Shown here piece after piece: positions 6,145 to 7,004 of a stretch of 7,004 nucleotides of DNA. Location: assembly GCF_006345805.1 (NCBI RefSeq), contig NW_021829033.1, positions 1 to 7,004 on the forward strand, in the 5' to 3' direction. Source of the DNA: Octopus sinensis. Its lineage: Eukaryota. The first letter of the stretch is position 1; each line of letters opens with the position of its first letter. The translations under genes and the position numbers were made by a program. The notes below the pieces were generated by a model. The model was given only the letters and a program-made list of their open reading frames with translations. It had not been told where the DNA came from and ran no database searches.

Positions 6145-7004
6145 TTGCTAAAACTATTCAGGTACAGCTATAATAGTTATGATAATTTAGACCGTCAATG
6201 TGACATCAAATTAGATTCGACGAGTATGAAACATGAAAATCACTTGGATTCAACAGTCCAAAGGTTAGATCAACCAATTTCTTATCGGACTTTGTTAAAC
6301 AGTAATTGTACAGCATCATCTCTTCCCCTGCCAGAGTACACATCATCGAGGAAAATTAAACTTTTACACACTGCAGTAAATGTGTATAAGTTCTCTAGTA
6401 ACGCCTTCAAACATATCTATGATATAGTTATCTCCCTTGACGAGGAAAACTCTCTTCAAGTGCATGTGACCAGGAGAAAGAATTAATTCTAACCTAAAAT
6501 CTTATTTTGCACGGAATCTTCTTGCAATAAATTGCAGATCACGAGCAGAAAATCCTAAGACTGAAACACGAATATGTGGGGGCTGTAACAAAGCATTGAC
6601 AGGAAGATTTCGCCCAGACTGTCAAAACTCGGATGTTTTTTTTTATGCTATTAAGGCATACAGTTATGTCAATTCTTCGCGCCGCTACATAACTTCATCT
6701 TCGAAAATGTTACGTAAACTTTATTACTTGTCTAAAATCCAACGTCACTTATGAATTCCAGTGTAAAAATGCATCAGCAAAACCTTCGAGAATTATATTT
6801 CTAAGCGTTCTAGATTATACAAAACTTCCGAAATCCCAACAGTATTAAAGACAGCTGTGACACCAAATCACGAAGGGAAAAACAGGTAAATTGCATAGAC
6901 AACCAATTTCCAATGAGGATGTCACCAAAGTATCGAAACGAATATTCAATACAAAAATGGCTTACAATCTGGAGCTCAATAACTTGGTCAACACTACGCA
7001 TATG
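6145..7004 (+). pseudogene. Possible decayed coding region (chain of overlapping open frames), tentatively a Penelope-like retroelement ORF remnant
   Basis: Open frames at 6145-6486, 6470-6754, 6693-6848 and 6814-end. Motifs EENSLQVHVTRRK and ITCLKSNVTYEFQC loosely resemble the PLE RT C-terminus and GIY-YIG start. No YxDD or clean YIG motif is visible. Confidence 0.25.

Noticed and set aside
6302-6416. Minus-strand LIFLDDV resembling an NB-ARC/NACHT Walker B motif
   Set aside because: The frame is short and bounded by stops, with no P-loop upstream.
6810-7001. 63-aa minus-strand ORF
   Set aside because: No recognisable motif; it mirrors the open plus frame at 6814-7004.

Overview
AT-rich, repeat-dense eukaryotic DNA with no intact gene recognisable. 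The SINE families and heavy (TA)n/(CA)n load look like an octopus (cephalopod) genome; this is recalled from published SINE families, not searched. Contents: a ~63-bp AT minisatellite running off the window start, four tRNA-type SINE copies from three families, a 5'-truncated CR1/L2-type LINE 3' fragment, and many compound microsatellites that explain most ORFs in the track. Best observations: (1) the LINE 3' end shares sequence and a covarying hairpin with the tails of two SINE copies, implicating it as their mobilising partner; (2) a degenerate minimal type I hammerhead-like motif at 5303-5340; (3) a frameshift staircase of open frames at 6145-7004 with weak Penelope-like motifs; (4) a minus-strand frame at 2188-2382 resembling a receptor guanylyl cyclase juxtamembrane segment; (5) a 21-bp perfect palindrome centred on an AP-1 site. 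Nothing supports a prokaryotic system or CRISPR array.
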